Source: Torpedo marmorata (taxonomy: Eukaryota). Taken from it: 64,000 nt of DNA. The notes under the pieces were generated by a model. The model was not told the origin of the DNA, made no database searches, and worked only from the letters and a program-made list of their open reading frames with translations. The stretch is from NCBI GenBank assembly GCA_977017645.1, contig OZ360226.1, positions 140,678,001 through 140,742,000 of the forward strand. The letters are read 5' to 3'. The position numbers and the translations under genes are program-made. Below are positions 1 through 11,547 of the stretch, in pieces (the first letter of the stretch is position 1; each line of letters begins with the position of its first letter).

Positions 1-84
1 CCAGCTGATGGTTTTTGATCTTGGTGTCTAAATGTAGATTCAGGATTGGATGTCATGCCCTGCTCTGTAACAGTGTTGAAATTT

Positions 85-350
85 GCCCTCCCCATCCTCT
101 CTCCCTCCCATCCTCTCTCACTCTCCCTCCCTCACTCTACTCTTTCCCTTTCACCTCCCAACTCTTTCCCATTCTCCCTCCCCACACTTTCCACTTCCCA
201 TTCCCCCCAAATCTTCTCACTCTCTCCCTCTTTTTGCTGCCCCCAACCCTCTTTTCTCTTTCCCCGCTCTCATTTCTCTCCTGCCAGCCGTCTTCCTCTC
301 CAACTCTCTCACTCTTCCCTCTCCTCCTGCCTGATCTACCTCCCTTTCTC
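85..350. repeat. Pyrimidine-rich (CT) low-complexity tract
   Basis: Almost only C/T; the overlapping ORFs are Pro/Ser/Leu-rich compositional artefacts. Confidence 0.75.
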
Positions 351-402
351 TGATGTAACTTCATTTTCTGAGTATTTACATTATCAATTTTTAAGCCTTT
401 AA

Positions 403-977
403 CAATAGACAATAGGAGCTGGAGTAGGCCCTTCGGCCCGTCGAGCCAGCACCGCCATTTTACAGATCATGGCTGATCACTACTATCAGTACCCCTTACC
501 AGCCTTATCCCCATAACCCTTAACTCCTCTGCCCACTAGAGTCTTATCTAACTCTCTTTTGAACATAATCAGCGAATCTGCCTCTACCACCCTCTGTGGC
601 AGAGCATTCCACAGATTCACACTTCTCTGGGTAAAAAAATTTTTCCTCATCTCCGTCCTAAAGGGCCTTCCCTGTATTCTTAAACTATGCCCTCTAGTCC
701 TCGTCTCTCCCATCATTGGGAACAAGTAATCCGACTTCACCCTGTCTATCCCCTTGATAATTTTGTATACCTCAATCATGTCCCCCCTCATCCTTCTAAA
801 CTCCATCGGATATAAGTCCAGTTTTTCTAACCTTTCAGCATATGTCAACCCTGCCATCCCTGGAACTAACCTTGTAAATCTGCGCTGCACACCCTCTATA
901 GCTAGTATGTCCTTCCTCAAATTTGGAGACCAGAACTGGACGCAATACTCCAGGTGGGGTCTCACCAGGGCCCTGTA
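403..977 (-). mobile_element. 5'-truncated CR1 LINE (ORF2 C-terminus and 3' UTR)
   Basis: ORF 486-965 RPHLEYCVQFWSP...RTRGH...FFTQR is a typical CR1 ORF2 C-terminus; short tandem tail near 403. Confidence 0.9.
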
Positions 978-1608
978 ACAAACCTACAGTGAATTATGGG
1001 GTGTGAATCATAAATAGTCATTTAAACTTGTGGTGTCGCTGTAGTGGAGAGTGCAGTTTTGTTTGAGAAAAACAAGTTGTATCTTGGATATGATTACTTT
1101 CCCTCCCTCACCCACCCGTCATGACTCGTTAGGGTTGCTTGCCACTGATGTTGAGTGTCATAAGTCTTGTGCGTTAATAGATAGTACTGGCTTGCTATTT
1201 GTTGTGAAGGCATCATAATTAAGGCTTTTCCTTTCGTTATCTGACACCTGATAACCAGAGAAGAGACAGATCTTTGTCAGGTTTCCTTCACTCCAAAACC
1301 AGAGTATACTGAGAGCAATCCTTATTAGTGCATAATTTGCAGTTCTGTTTGAGGTTGGCACATTCAGCTCTGATTGAGATCAAAGAGATATTCTTCTAGC
1401 TATAATCTCCCTCTACCAACTGTCTCCTTCAAGAATTCTAAAACATTTTTCTACAGGCTGAAGTAGAATCCTAATTATAAATCAACTGTATCTGTGGGGG
1501 AAAAAATTGGCACTTTACCAACGGGCGTTTCTGGAAATAGTGCACATATTACGGTATCTCTGTGAAGTGAATATCCTTTGATTTGTTCCAGGATAATTTG
1601 TCTTCAGC

Positions 1609-1746
1609 ATGAATGACAGTGACGATGACGATACACAATTGTCAGCCCATAGTTTGGCTGCCCTGCAGGAGTTCTATCTGGATCAGCAGAAGAAGCAATT
1701 TGCAGAGTGCAATAACTATTTTGTTGGATCCATAGAAGAGAACTGG
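1609..1746 (+). CDS. EEF1AKMT1: EEF1A lysine methyltransferase 1 (N6AMT2), coding exon 1
   Basis: ATG at 1609; MNDSDDDDTQLSAHSLAALQEFYLDQQKKQFAECNNYFVGSIEENW matches the vertebrate N-terminus (QLSAHALAALQEFY...IEENW); acceptor ttccag at 1591; GT donor at 1747. Confidence 0.95.
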
Positions 1747-2373
1747 GTAAAATACTAATGATTATTCTGTGTCCTACCTTATCCTGAGGCATTTGTTCAA
1801 ACTTGGATAGGTCATCTGTGATTTTCGGATGTTATTAAAAGTTTAATAGTGGACATTTAATAATGGCACACAAAATTGTATTTCATATAAATTACCTGTG
1901 AACATGGGTCAGTGCCTTTTACCTTACAATGTTGGATTGTATCAGTTTAAAAAAAAACTTTGAGCTACATTTACACCAAATTAAACTGGTAAGGATGGAT
2001 ACAGTCCAGGATTATTGCATATGATATGGTTGATTTTTAAAATTAGTTTTTCCTGTTATTTCTGTATCAATATGTATTATTAGTTTTATTTTCAGACTAA
2101 ATTACTAATATATTATTTTTATTTTAACTAAAATTTAAATATCAGTTTCACCCGATGTCTGTATTTTTCACTCTTTGAGAATATATACATAAATCATATC
2201 TTAATTCATTTGCAGAGTAGTTTTTTTTTTTAACTGAAACTGGAGGTTCAATCCCTCACAAATGATGGGATGGAAATCTGCTTTACTTTTGACAATGGGT
2301 CAGTTCAGGCAATGACATTCTGCAAAATGAAAATTGTGGCCTCACTAGGGCAGCCTCAATAATAGTGTAGCAG

Positions 2374-5300
2374 AAAAAATTACATTATAATATATTACAA
2401 ACTCGAAAAATAGAAAAATTAATTGGTAGAACAAAGCAAAGATATTATGAATTGGGAGAAAGAGCACATAAAGTTTTAGCATGGCAATTAAAGAAAGAAC
2501 AAGTTTCTAAAACTATAAATGCTATAAAGAAAAGTAATGGAGAAATAACTTATAAACCTCAAGAAATAAATAATTCATTTAAAGAATATTATCAAAATTT
2601 ATATACTTCACAAATGAGTCAAGATGTTGTAAAAATTGATGATTTTTTATCTAAAATTACATTGCCCAAATTAAATAGTTTTAATAGAGATTTGTTAGAT
2701 TTACCAATTACAATGAGAGAAGTAGGTGAGGCTCTATCATCATTGAATAGTGGTAAATCTCCTGGTGATGATGGATTTCCGGTAGAGTTTTATAAGAAGT
2801 TTAAAGATTTATTGATACCTATATATATGGAAGTATTGATTCAAATAAAGGAAACTCAGTTATTACCGAAAACATTTTTAAATGCTGTTATTACAGTTAT
2901 ACCAAAGAAGGATAGAGATGTATTGAAAACTGAATCGTATAGACCTATATCATTGTTAAATGTAGACTATAAATTAATGGCAAAAATCTTGACAAATAGA
3001 TTAGCTAAGTTTTTACCATTTTTAATACATCCAGATCAAGCAGGATTTATTAAAAATAGATATTCAAAGGATAATATAGCAAGATTAATAAGTTTGATTA
3101 ATTTACAAAAAAAGAAACAGGATTTACCGTTAGTGATAGCATTAGATGCAGAAAAAGCGTTTGATAGATTAGAATGGAAGTTTTTATTTAAGGTTTTAGA
3201 GAAATATGGATTTGGAAACACGTTTATAAATTGGATTAAAACTATATATAAGGAACCTACAGCTAAAGTAATTACAAATGGTCAAATATCATCTAAATTT
3301 TCTTTGACACGGTCAACAAGACAAGGATGTCCATTGTCACCTGCTTTATTTGTATTGGCAATAGAACCGTTGGCGGAAATGATTAGGAAAGATATGAATA
3401 TAAATGGGATAAAAGTAGGTGCAGAAGAGCATAAAATTAGTTTGTTTGCAGATGATGTATTAATATATATGACAAAGTCTATTGAATCACTTCAACAATT
3501 AGATAAAATATTGAGGGATTATGGTGAAATATCTGGATATAAAATAAATTCGGATAAAAGTGAGATAATGGCTTTATCTCAAGGAGACTATACTAAATGT
3601 AAAGAAGTTACAAAATTTAAATGGGCTAAAGAAGCTATTAAATATTTGGGAGTTAAAGTGGATACAAAGTTAGAAAATTTATATAAATTAAATTACATAC
3701 CTTTATTTCAGAAAATAAAGAAGGATTTGGATAATTGGAAAGATTTACCTATAACTTTAATGGGAAGAGTGAATTGTATTAAAATGAATATTTTTCCAAG
3801 AGTTCAATATCTTTTTCAATCTATACCTTTTGGTATTCCTCAAAAAATTTTTAAAGATTTAAAAAATATTATTAGAAAATTTTTATGGAAAGGAAAATTG
3901 GCAAGAGTAAGTATGGATAAATTAACTTGGGAATATGAAATGGGTGGATTACAACTTCCTAATTTTCAATATTATTATAAGGCAGCACAATTAAAATTTA
4001 TAAATGAATTATTTGATTTAACTAAAAATACGGCTTGGATTAATATAGAATTAAGTAATATAGGAGAAAGAAATAAGGAAGATATTATTTATAAATGGAA
4101 TTCTAAATTATTATTGTTTAAAAAGAAAAAGTCACCGATTATTAGACATTTATTAGAGATTTGGAATCAATTAGATAATGAAATAGGGCGAAAAGGATCA
4201 ATTTCTTTAAATATGCCATTATATCAGAATTTATTACTACCATTTTCTATGGATAATCAATTTTTAAAATTATGGTATCAAAAAGGAATTAAGAAGATTA
4301 AAGATTGTTTTGAGGCAGGAAGATTTGTTACTTTTTCTAGATTGAAAGAAAAATTTGGAATAATGGATAATACAATTTTGGCTTATTATCAAGTTAAAGG
4401 ATTTTTAGTTGAGAAATTAGGGAATCAATTAATATCTCCTAGACAGGATGGGTTAGAGTTATTAATTACTAATGGAAATGTTAATAAATTTATATCGCAA
4501 ATGTATAAATTATTTCAGAAAAAGATACCTAAAGTAGGACTGCATAAATCTAGATTAAATTGGGAATCAGATCTAAATACTAGTATAGATGAACAACACT
4601 GGAAAGAATTGTGTAAATTGAGTATGACTAAGATTATTAATGTTAGATATAGATTAGTACAGTATAACTTTTTTCATCAATTATATATAACACCCAAAAA
4701 ATTAAAGAAATTCAATTCGGCATTGTCAGATATGTGTTTTAGATGTAAAGATGAAATAGGTTCTTTTGTACATTGTACATGGTCATGTTTGAAAATTAAA
4801 AATTTTTGGTCTAAAGTCAAAGATTTTTTAGATAGAATTTTTAATATTACGATTCCAATGGATCCTATGATATTTTTGTTTGGAGATATTAAAAAAATTA
4901 GTATTAGAAATAGATTAAATATGTATCAAATAGAATTTTTACGAATCGTGTTAGCAATTTCAAAAAAATGTATTGCTATTACTTGGAAATCAGACTTAGA
5001 TTTGAATTTAGATAGATTACATGCAGAGTTACGTTCTTGTATACCACTGGAAAAAATTACGTATAACTTACGAGACAAATATCATTTCTTTCTGAAAATT
5101 TGGAGCCCATACATGAGAATTATGGGTATGAATTAATTCTCTAAAAGTTAGTACCGCTGACAAAAGTAACCTTCAATATACAAATAGAGTAGTTTGAAAT
5201 AGTTTTCTCCTCATACTAACTCTCTTAACTTTATTTCTCATTCTATTTCTTTTCTTTTAACTAACATTTTTATATATTCTTATTTTTCTTTTTTTCTTTA

Positions 5301-5446
5301 TTAGAATAGTGTGGGAGGGTTGGGGAGGGGAGGGTGGGAGGGGGGGGTGGTAAATGTATCACATGTATTTTGAATAATATACTATTTTTGATTATGTATT
5401 TTGTGATTTTAAAAACTAAATAAAATTATTAAAAAAAAAAAAAAAT
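2374..5446 (+). mobile_element. Young 5'-truncated L1/Tx1-clade LINE with uninterrupted ORF2 (RT and C-terminal Cys-rich domain)
   Basis: 894-aa ORF 2452-5136 with YRPISLLN, QAGF, RQGCPLSP, LFADD and CFRC..H..W.C; poly(A) at about 5431-5445; 16-bp TSD AATAATAGTGTAGCAG (2358-2373 / 5447-5462). Confidence 0.95.
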
Positions 5447-5732
5447 AATAATAGTGTAGCAGCCTCCCATAGATAAGCAGAGTGCAGGGAACTTTGCTCT
5501 GTGTCTAATTTATATACCAACTTCATTATATTTGAAACTGGCATTGTAAAAAGTTAATAACTGTTTCCCATTCTCATCTTCAAAAATTCTTTAAAATACC
5601 TCTGTCATAGCTTACCTGTGCATTTTTTAAAATTGTATGTCCCTTAAATTTATTTTTTATTGTTTTTGGAATTAAAATGGTGCATTAATTTTGCTCATCA
5701 AACAGACTCACGGTTAAAGGGAAAGCTCATGA

Positions 5733-6402
5733 TTACATAATTCCCTGAAAGTGGCGTCATAGGTAGACAAGGTTGTAAAGAAAGCTTTTGGCATCTTGAT
5801 CTTCATAAATCAAAGTATTGAGTACAGGAGTTGGGATGTTATGGTGAGGTTGTATAAGACATTGGTGAGGCCAAATTTGGAGTATTGTGTGCAGTTCTGG
5901 TCGCCAAACTGCAGGAAGGATATCAGTAAGATTGAAAGAGTGCAGAGAAGATTTACTAGGATGTTGCCGGGTCTTCAGGAGTTGAGTTACAGGGAAAGAT
6001 TAAACAGGTTAGGATTTTATTCCTTGGAGCGTAGAAGAATGAGGGGAGATTTGATAGAGGTTTACAAAATTATGAGAGGTATAGACAGAGTAAATGCGAG
6101 TAGGCTCTTTCCACTTAGATTATGAGAGATAAATACAAGAGGACATGGCTTTAGGGTGAAAGGGGAAAGGTTTAGGGGGAACATTAGGGGGAACTTTTTC
6201 ACTCAGAGAGTGGTGGGAGTGTGGAACGAGTTGCCACCTGACCTGAATTTTAAAAATAAACTGAATAGATACATGGATGGGAGAGGTCTGGAAGGTTATG
6301 GAATGGGTGCAGGTCAGTGGGACTAGCGGTATGATGTTTTCGGCATAGACTAGAAGGGCCGAATGGCCTGTTTTCTGTGCTGTAGTGTTCTATGGTTCTA
6401 TG
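5733..6402 (+). mobile_element. 5'-truncated CR1 LINE
   Basis: ORF 5796-6125 RPNLEYCVQFWSP; tail (GTTCTATG)x2. Confidence 0.9.
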
Positions 6403-8209
6403 ATGCTAAATCATTTCATAAACTTAACAAAGAGACGCATGATATTTATTCCCATTAATTCTCACCCAGAATTTGGACTGTTGACTGCAGACAATCTAGA
6501 AACACATTTTAAGGTAATTTTGTAGAGGAGCTGGCCTATTCTAGTAATTTCATTTTAGAAAGGAAGAAAAGGTATGAGGAAAAATAGTACAGGGATCAAA
6601 TGATGAAAAATATTTTTATCCAATAAATTGTCATGACTTGGGATGCATTGCTAGAAAAAGTAGTGGAAACACATTCAAAATGGAATTGGATGTTTGTCCA
6701 CTGAAGAAGAGAATTGATGGGAATGAGCAGGAGTGGGGATGATTGTATCAGTCTATCAAATAATGGTACAAATTGAGCCAAATTGCACTTTATTTGTGCT
6801 ACGTAAGATTCCTGTTCTGTCATCATGTCCTTTGATAGGCAGATCATCCTTTAATATAATAAATGCTTTCATGCTCTGTTTTTCCAATTTATTTTGCAAA
6901 TTTCTTGAACGTTTACTTTTGCAAACATTTTTATAAAGATGTTTTTATTGAAGCAAAATAGCCAAATTTTTCATAAACAGATGCACATTAAAAAAAAACA
7001 GACAGAAAAACAAACGAACAAAACAAAATGCTCCCTCCCACCCCCCATCCGCAAACCTGGTATGATAGAAATTTCGCCCTCGTTCACAATTGGAAAATAG
7101 CAAAAATAAAATTTGATCAGGTGAGGTATGAGGTCCTAATGTATATTAATAAAGTATATATTACTACAGCAGATAATAGGGGCACGGGAGGACAGTTATC
7201 CGTGCTAATTCAATAGCCGAGGAGGTGTAATGATGGTAATAAGGCCAAAAAAAGCCCCATATTTTTTCATATGTTGCTGGTTTCCTCCTCACACTATACA
7301 AGATCTTTTCAGGTTTACTATAGGATGTTAACTCATTTAACCATTGCCTCTGTGAAGGAGGAAATTCAGATTTCCAATTTTGTAGGATACACTTTTTCCC
7401 AGCTGTGGCCACAAGTAATATAAAGTATTTTTTTATTGTGTTTCACATTAAGACTTTGTAGATCTCCCAAAATCCAGACCCTCGGGTCAAATGAAATTTC
7501 AGTTTTTATAATATCTGAGGTTATTCTAACGATATATTTCCAAAAGTCTTCCAGATAAGAGCAATTCCATAGCATATGAAGTAAATCTCCGCCACAGGTT
7601 TTACATCTCTGACAATTGGGAGAGGCGTTATGATATATTTTATGCAGTCTATGTGGAGTGTAATAGGTCCTGTTAAAGATATTAAACTGTATTTGTCTAT
7701 GTTTAGTTGAAATTAATACAGTTTGAGACATTTCAAGGATATTATTATAATTGCATTCAAGATCTGATTCCCATTTATTTTTTATATCACTCTTAGTATA
7801 GATTGGCAAGTTGCTGTTTAAAATAATATAAATAGACAATGTCAGTCCCTTTGTAGTGTACAGGGCTTCACTAAACAAGTGCTTTTCAAACGGGGATTCT
7901 GTTGGAATTTGTGGAAAGTCTATATAACTGTATATAAGTGTCTAATCTGAAAATATTTAAATAAATTATGATTTGGTAGTTTGAATTTTCCAGTCAATTT
8001 TTGAAAATTGGCGAATTTATCTTGGCTTTATAAATCTTCAACTGTTTTTATGCCACTATTAACCCAATTTTTTAGTATTCCGTCTGCAATCAGGTGGGGG
8101 ATATTGGGGTTATTCCACAGAGGAGTTCTCCGGCATAATGAGGTATTTATACCAATAACTGCGTGAGCTTCTTGCCATACTGCAAAAGAGTTTAGAATTA
8201 TAGGGTTCT

Positions 8210-9071
8210 GTTTACTACAATTTAAAGTGGTGCATAGAATTCATATGTCTAAACTTAAACTATCACGTTTTTACACTGACATAGATCCATTGTGTGAGAG
8301 ATGTAAAATTTTTGAAGCTTCACTGATACATATGTTTTGGGAATGCCCCAATCTGGAGAGATTTTGGAATGATATTTTAAAAACTTTATCATTGATTTTT
8401 AAGATTAATATTGAACCATGTCCTATAATTGCTCTGTTTGGTTTTTCACGTGAACCTAACATACCTTTGTCTGCATCACAGGAAAAAGTTTTAGCTTTTT
8501 CCACGTTGATTGCCAGACGAGCAATTTTATTGAAATGGAAAGATGAGTTATCACCGACACATAGACAGTGGTTACTAGATGTAATGTCCTTTCTGAGTTT
8601 GGAGAAAATGAGATAAAATATTAAAGATAGAAGGTTTCAATTTTTAAAGATCTGGGGGCCATTCTTGAATACTATCATGATTGGAAGAATTAACAAAACT
8701 GACTATCCCAAGGAGTCTCTGTCCGATGCTTTGAGGTCGCTACAGGATCCATACCTTTTTTTTTGTTCTTTTCCTTCTTTTTTTCAACGTCAAGGTAACC
8801 TTGCTTAGAGGGAGGGGTTAGAATAGATTAGTTATTAGTGTTTTTTTTTGTCTTTTTTTTCTTTTTATTTTATTTTCAATTGTTCTTTTTTTAAGATAAT
8901 TATACGGAACTAGAGTTTTAACCTATATTCAGAATTTAGTTACGACAATTTACCTAGTTTTTTTTTGTATACATGTATGAATACCAGCTGATTTTTTGAA
9001 TGGTTTTCTTAATTTTGTTACTTTGTATACATTTTTATTGTTGAAACTCAATAAAATATTTTAATAAGAAA
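8210..9071 (+). mobile_element. 5'-truncated L1 nested in the host L1, opposite orientation
   Basis: ORF 8227-8616 CERC...HMFWEC; imperfect 16-bp TSD AGAATTATAGGGTTCT (8194-8209) / AGAGTTATAAGGTTCT (9072-9087); host frame rejoins as NITKN|PIILNSF. Confidence 0.88.
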
Positions 9072-10217
9072 AGAGTTATAAGGTTCTTAGTGATATTTAA
9101 AAGTGCTTTCTTAGAGGTTAAGAAAGGAAGAACTTTTAAGGAAACATTCTTTAGTCGATGTTGTTCAATAGGAAGCCATCTAGCCTCATTGTCCTCAGAG
9201 TGCAACCAACACCATATTGAACGGAATTGAGCTGCAAGGTAGTAACATTTAAAATTAGGAAGATTTAATCCTCCCTTGGTGTAAGGGGCCTGAAGGCTTG
9301 AGAGTTTGACTCTAGGGGCTTTACCTTTCCATAAGAAGCTGGACATAGATTTATTTAGTTCATTAAATAGACTTTTGGGGATTTTAATTGGGGCACATTG
9401 GAATAAATATAGAAATTTGGGGAGTATATTCATTTTAATTGAGTTCACTCTACCGATTAAAGATAATGGCAGTTTCCTCCATTTCTGTAGATCTAATTTA
9501 ACCCGATTCAATAATTTGATGTAATTATCTTTAAGGATTTTATCTGTGGATCTCCTAATTTCTATGCCTAAATATTTAAATCCATTCGGGCACCATTGCA
9601 AGGGTTTGACTAGGTTCTTGATGTTATTGTCCTGTATATTAAAAGGCATGGCTTCACTTTTTTAAAGGTTTAATTTATATCCCGAAGCAGCACTATATTG
9701 TTGGAAACATTGTAGAAGGGAGGGTAATGATTTTGTTGGATCAGACAGGAAAACGAAAACATCGTTGGCGTGAAGGGCTAGTTTGTGTTCATTTGAGCCA
9801 AATTTAATGCCAGTAATGTTGGGATTGGAATGAATAGCAATAGCCAACGGTTCATAAGCTATTGAAAACAGCAGCGGAGCACTTGGGCAACCTTGGCGGA
9901 CGCCTCGGGACAGCGGGAAGGCACCCGACAGGACTCCATTATTTAGAATTTGAGCTTTAGGGCCAGCAAAAAAATGTTTCAATGTATTGAATAAATCTCT
10001 CTCTAAAATTCATTGCTTTAAGAGTTTGCAAAAGGAAACTGGGTTCAATCCTGTCAAACGCCTTCTCCACATCCACCGACATTATCAGCATGGGATCTTT
10101 TTGCATATGAGTCGCCTCCATTATGTGAAAAAGTCTCCATACATTGTCAGATCCATATCGAATTTTGACAAAGCCTGTCTGATCAGCATTAATAATTTTA
10201 GGGATAATGTCATCAGT

Positions 10218-11040
10218 TCTTTTTTTTATTATTATTTATTTATTTTTTAAAAAATATTTTATTTAAAATTTTTAATCACACGATAGTACATGTTTATAAA
10301 TTTCAGAAATATCAAAATACATGTGATATATTTTCACCCTCCCCTCCCCCTCCCTAACCCACCCACCCCTACTACTCTAATAAAAAAGAGAGAGAGAAGA
10401 AAAAAAAGAATAGTGGAGAATGTCAATCTAAAAGAAAACAACTATACATTAATTTTATTGTGGAACACAGGTTCCCCAGTCAGACCCGATGGCAAGAGAT
10501 CTTCAAATCTTTAAACCCACAGTTTTTATATATGGGCTCCATACCCTCAAAAAGAAATGATATTTATTACGTAAATTATAAGTAATTTTTTCAAGTGGTA
10601 TGCATGAACGAAGTTCTGCATGCCATCGTTCTAACCCTAAATCTACATCAGATTTCCATGTAATAGCAATGCATTTCCTTGAAACAGCTAAAGCAATTCG
10701 CAAAAATTCTATTTGGTACATATTTAATCTCATTTTAATACTATTTCTTTTAATATCTCCAAACAGAAATATCATAGGGTTCATTGGGAGTGTAATTCTT
10801 AATACTTTGTCTAAAAACTTTTTAACTTTCAACCAAAAAGCATATACCTTTGGACAAAACCACGTAGAGTGTACAAAAGAACCTTCTTCCCTATTACATC
10901 TGAAACATAAATCTGATAATCTTGAGTTAAATTTCTTTAATTTCTTAGGCGTTAAATATAATTGATGCAAAAAATTATATTGTACTAACCTATATCTTAG
11001 CCAAAAGGCCGCTTCTCGGCCTTTTGGCTAAGATCAAGTG
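10218..11040 (-). mobile_element. 5'-truncated L1/Tx1 fused at its 5' end to inverted U2 snRNA fragments
   Basis: ORF 10503-10970 is the ORF2 C-terminus of the same family as 48146-49047; A-rich tail at 10218-10260; 13-bp TSD TAATGTCATCAGT (10205-10217 / 11041-11053). Confidence 0.9.
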
Positions 11041-11042
11041 TA
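11010..11042 (+). pseudogene. U2 snRNA 5' fragment (nt 3-35), preceded by an inverted copy of nt 10-27
   Basis: CGCTTCTCGGCCTTTTGGCTAAGATCAAGTGTA matches the U2 5' end; 10994-11011 is the reverse complement of U2 nt 10-27. Confidence 0.92.
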
Positions 11043-11051
11043 ATGTCATCA

Positions 11052-11547
11052 GTAAAAAACACAAATGCTGGAGAAACTCAGCAGGTCAAACAGTGTCTTT
11101 TATGTAGCAAAGGTAGAAATACATAACCGACGTTTCGGGCTTGAGCCCTTCATCAAAGTATGAGAAAATGCCGGCAGGCGTCCGAACAAAAGAGTGATGG
11201 GGAAGGGTGGGGGTGTGTGGCAAAGGCAGGAGATGCAACATGGCTGTGGAATCGAGTCTGGGTGAGTACATGGTCGTAGAGCTTGAGAGCAGCAGGGGTT
11301 GCAGATGGGGAGCAGTGAGATAGAATCCCACAGAACTCCCTTCGGAGAGCAAAGGCGAACTTCTTCAGGGTAGGCATCCCTCAAAGAGTTTTCACAGAGT
11401 TGTTGTAGTATTCAGAAGTAAAACACGAAAATCTGTAGACACCGTGGTTGAAGTAAAAAACACAAATGCTGGAGAAACTCAGCAGGTCAAACAGTGTCTT
11501 TTATGTAGCAAAGGTAGAAATACATAACCGATGTTTTGGGCTAGAGC
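11052..11547 (-). mobile_element. Penelope-like element terminal (pLTR) fragment with a partial tandem repeat
   Basis: Same terminus as the PLE at 22888-25953; about 100-bp direct repeat (11051-11150 and 11452-11547); CATCA duplicated at both host junctions. Confidence 0.82.
11122..11162 (-). ncRNA. Minimal hammerhead ribozyme motif in the Penelope pLTR
   Basis: Minus strand CATACT-TTGATGA-A-GGGC-TCAA-GCCC-GAAA-CGTC-GGTTATG: core (C>U)UGAUGA, stem II GGGC/GCCC, GAAA, palindromic ACGU, cleavage triplet GUC. Confidence 0.65.

Noticed and set aside
15-412. Several overlapping 80-120 aa ORFs
   Set aside because: They arise from a stop-poor CT low-complexity tract and have no protein-like content
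11010-11042. Functional U2 snRNA gene or a Keno target site
   Set aside because: Only 33 nt, with no Sm site or U2 3' remainder; the longer U2 piece is antisense to the LINE, unlike a Keno insertion
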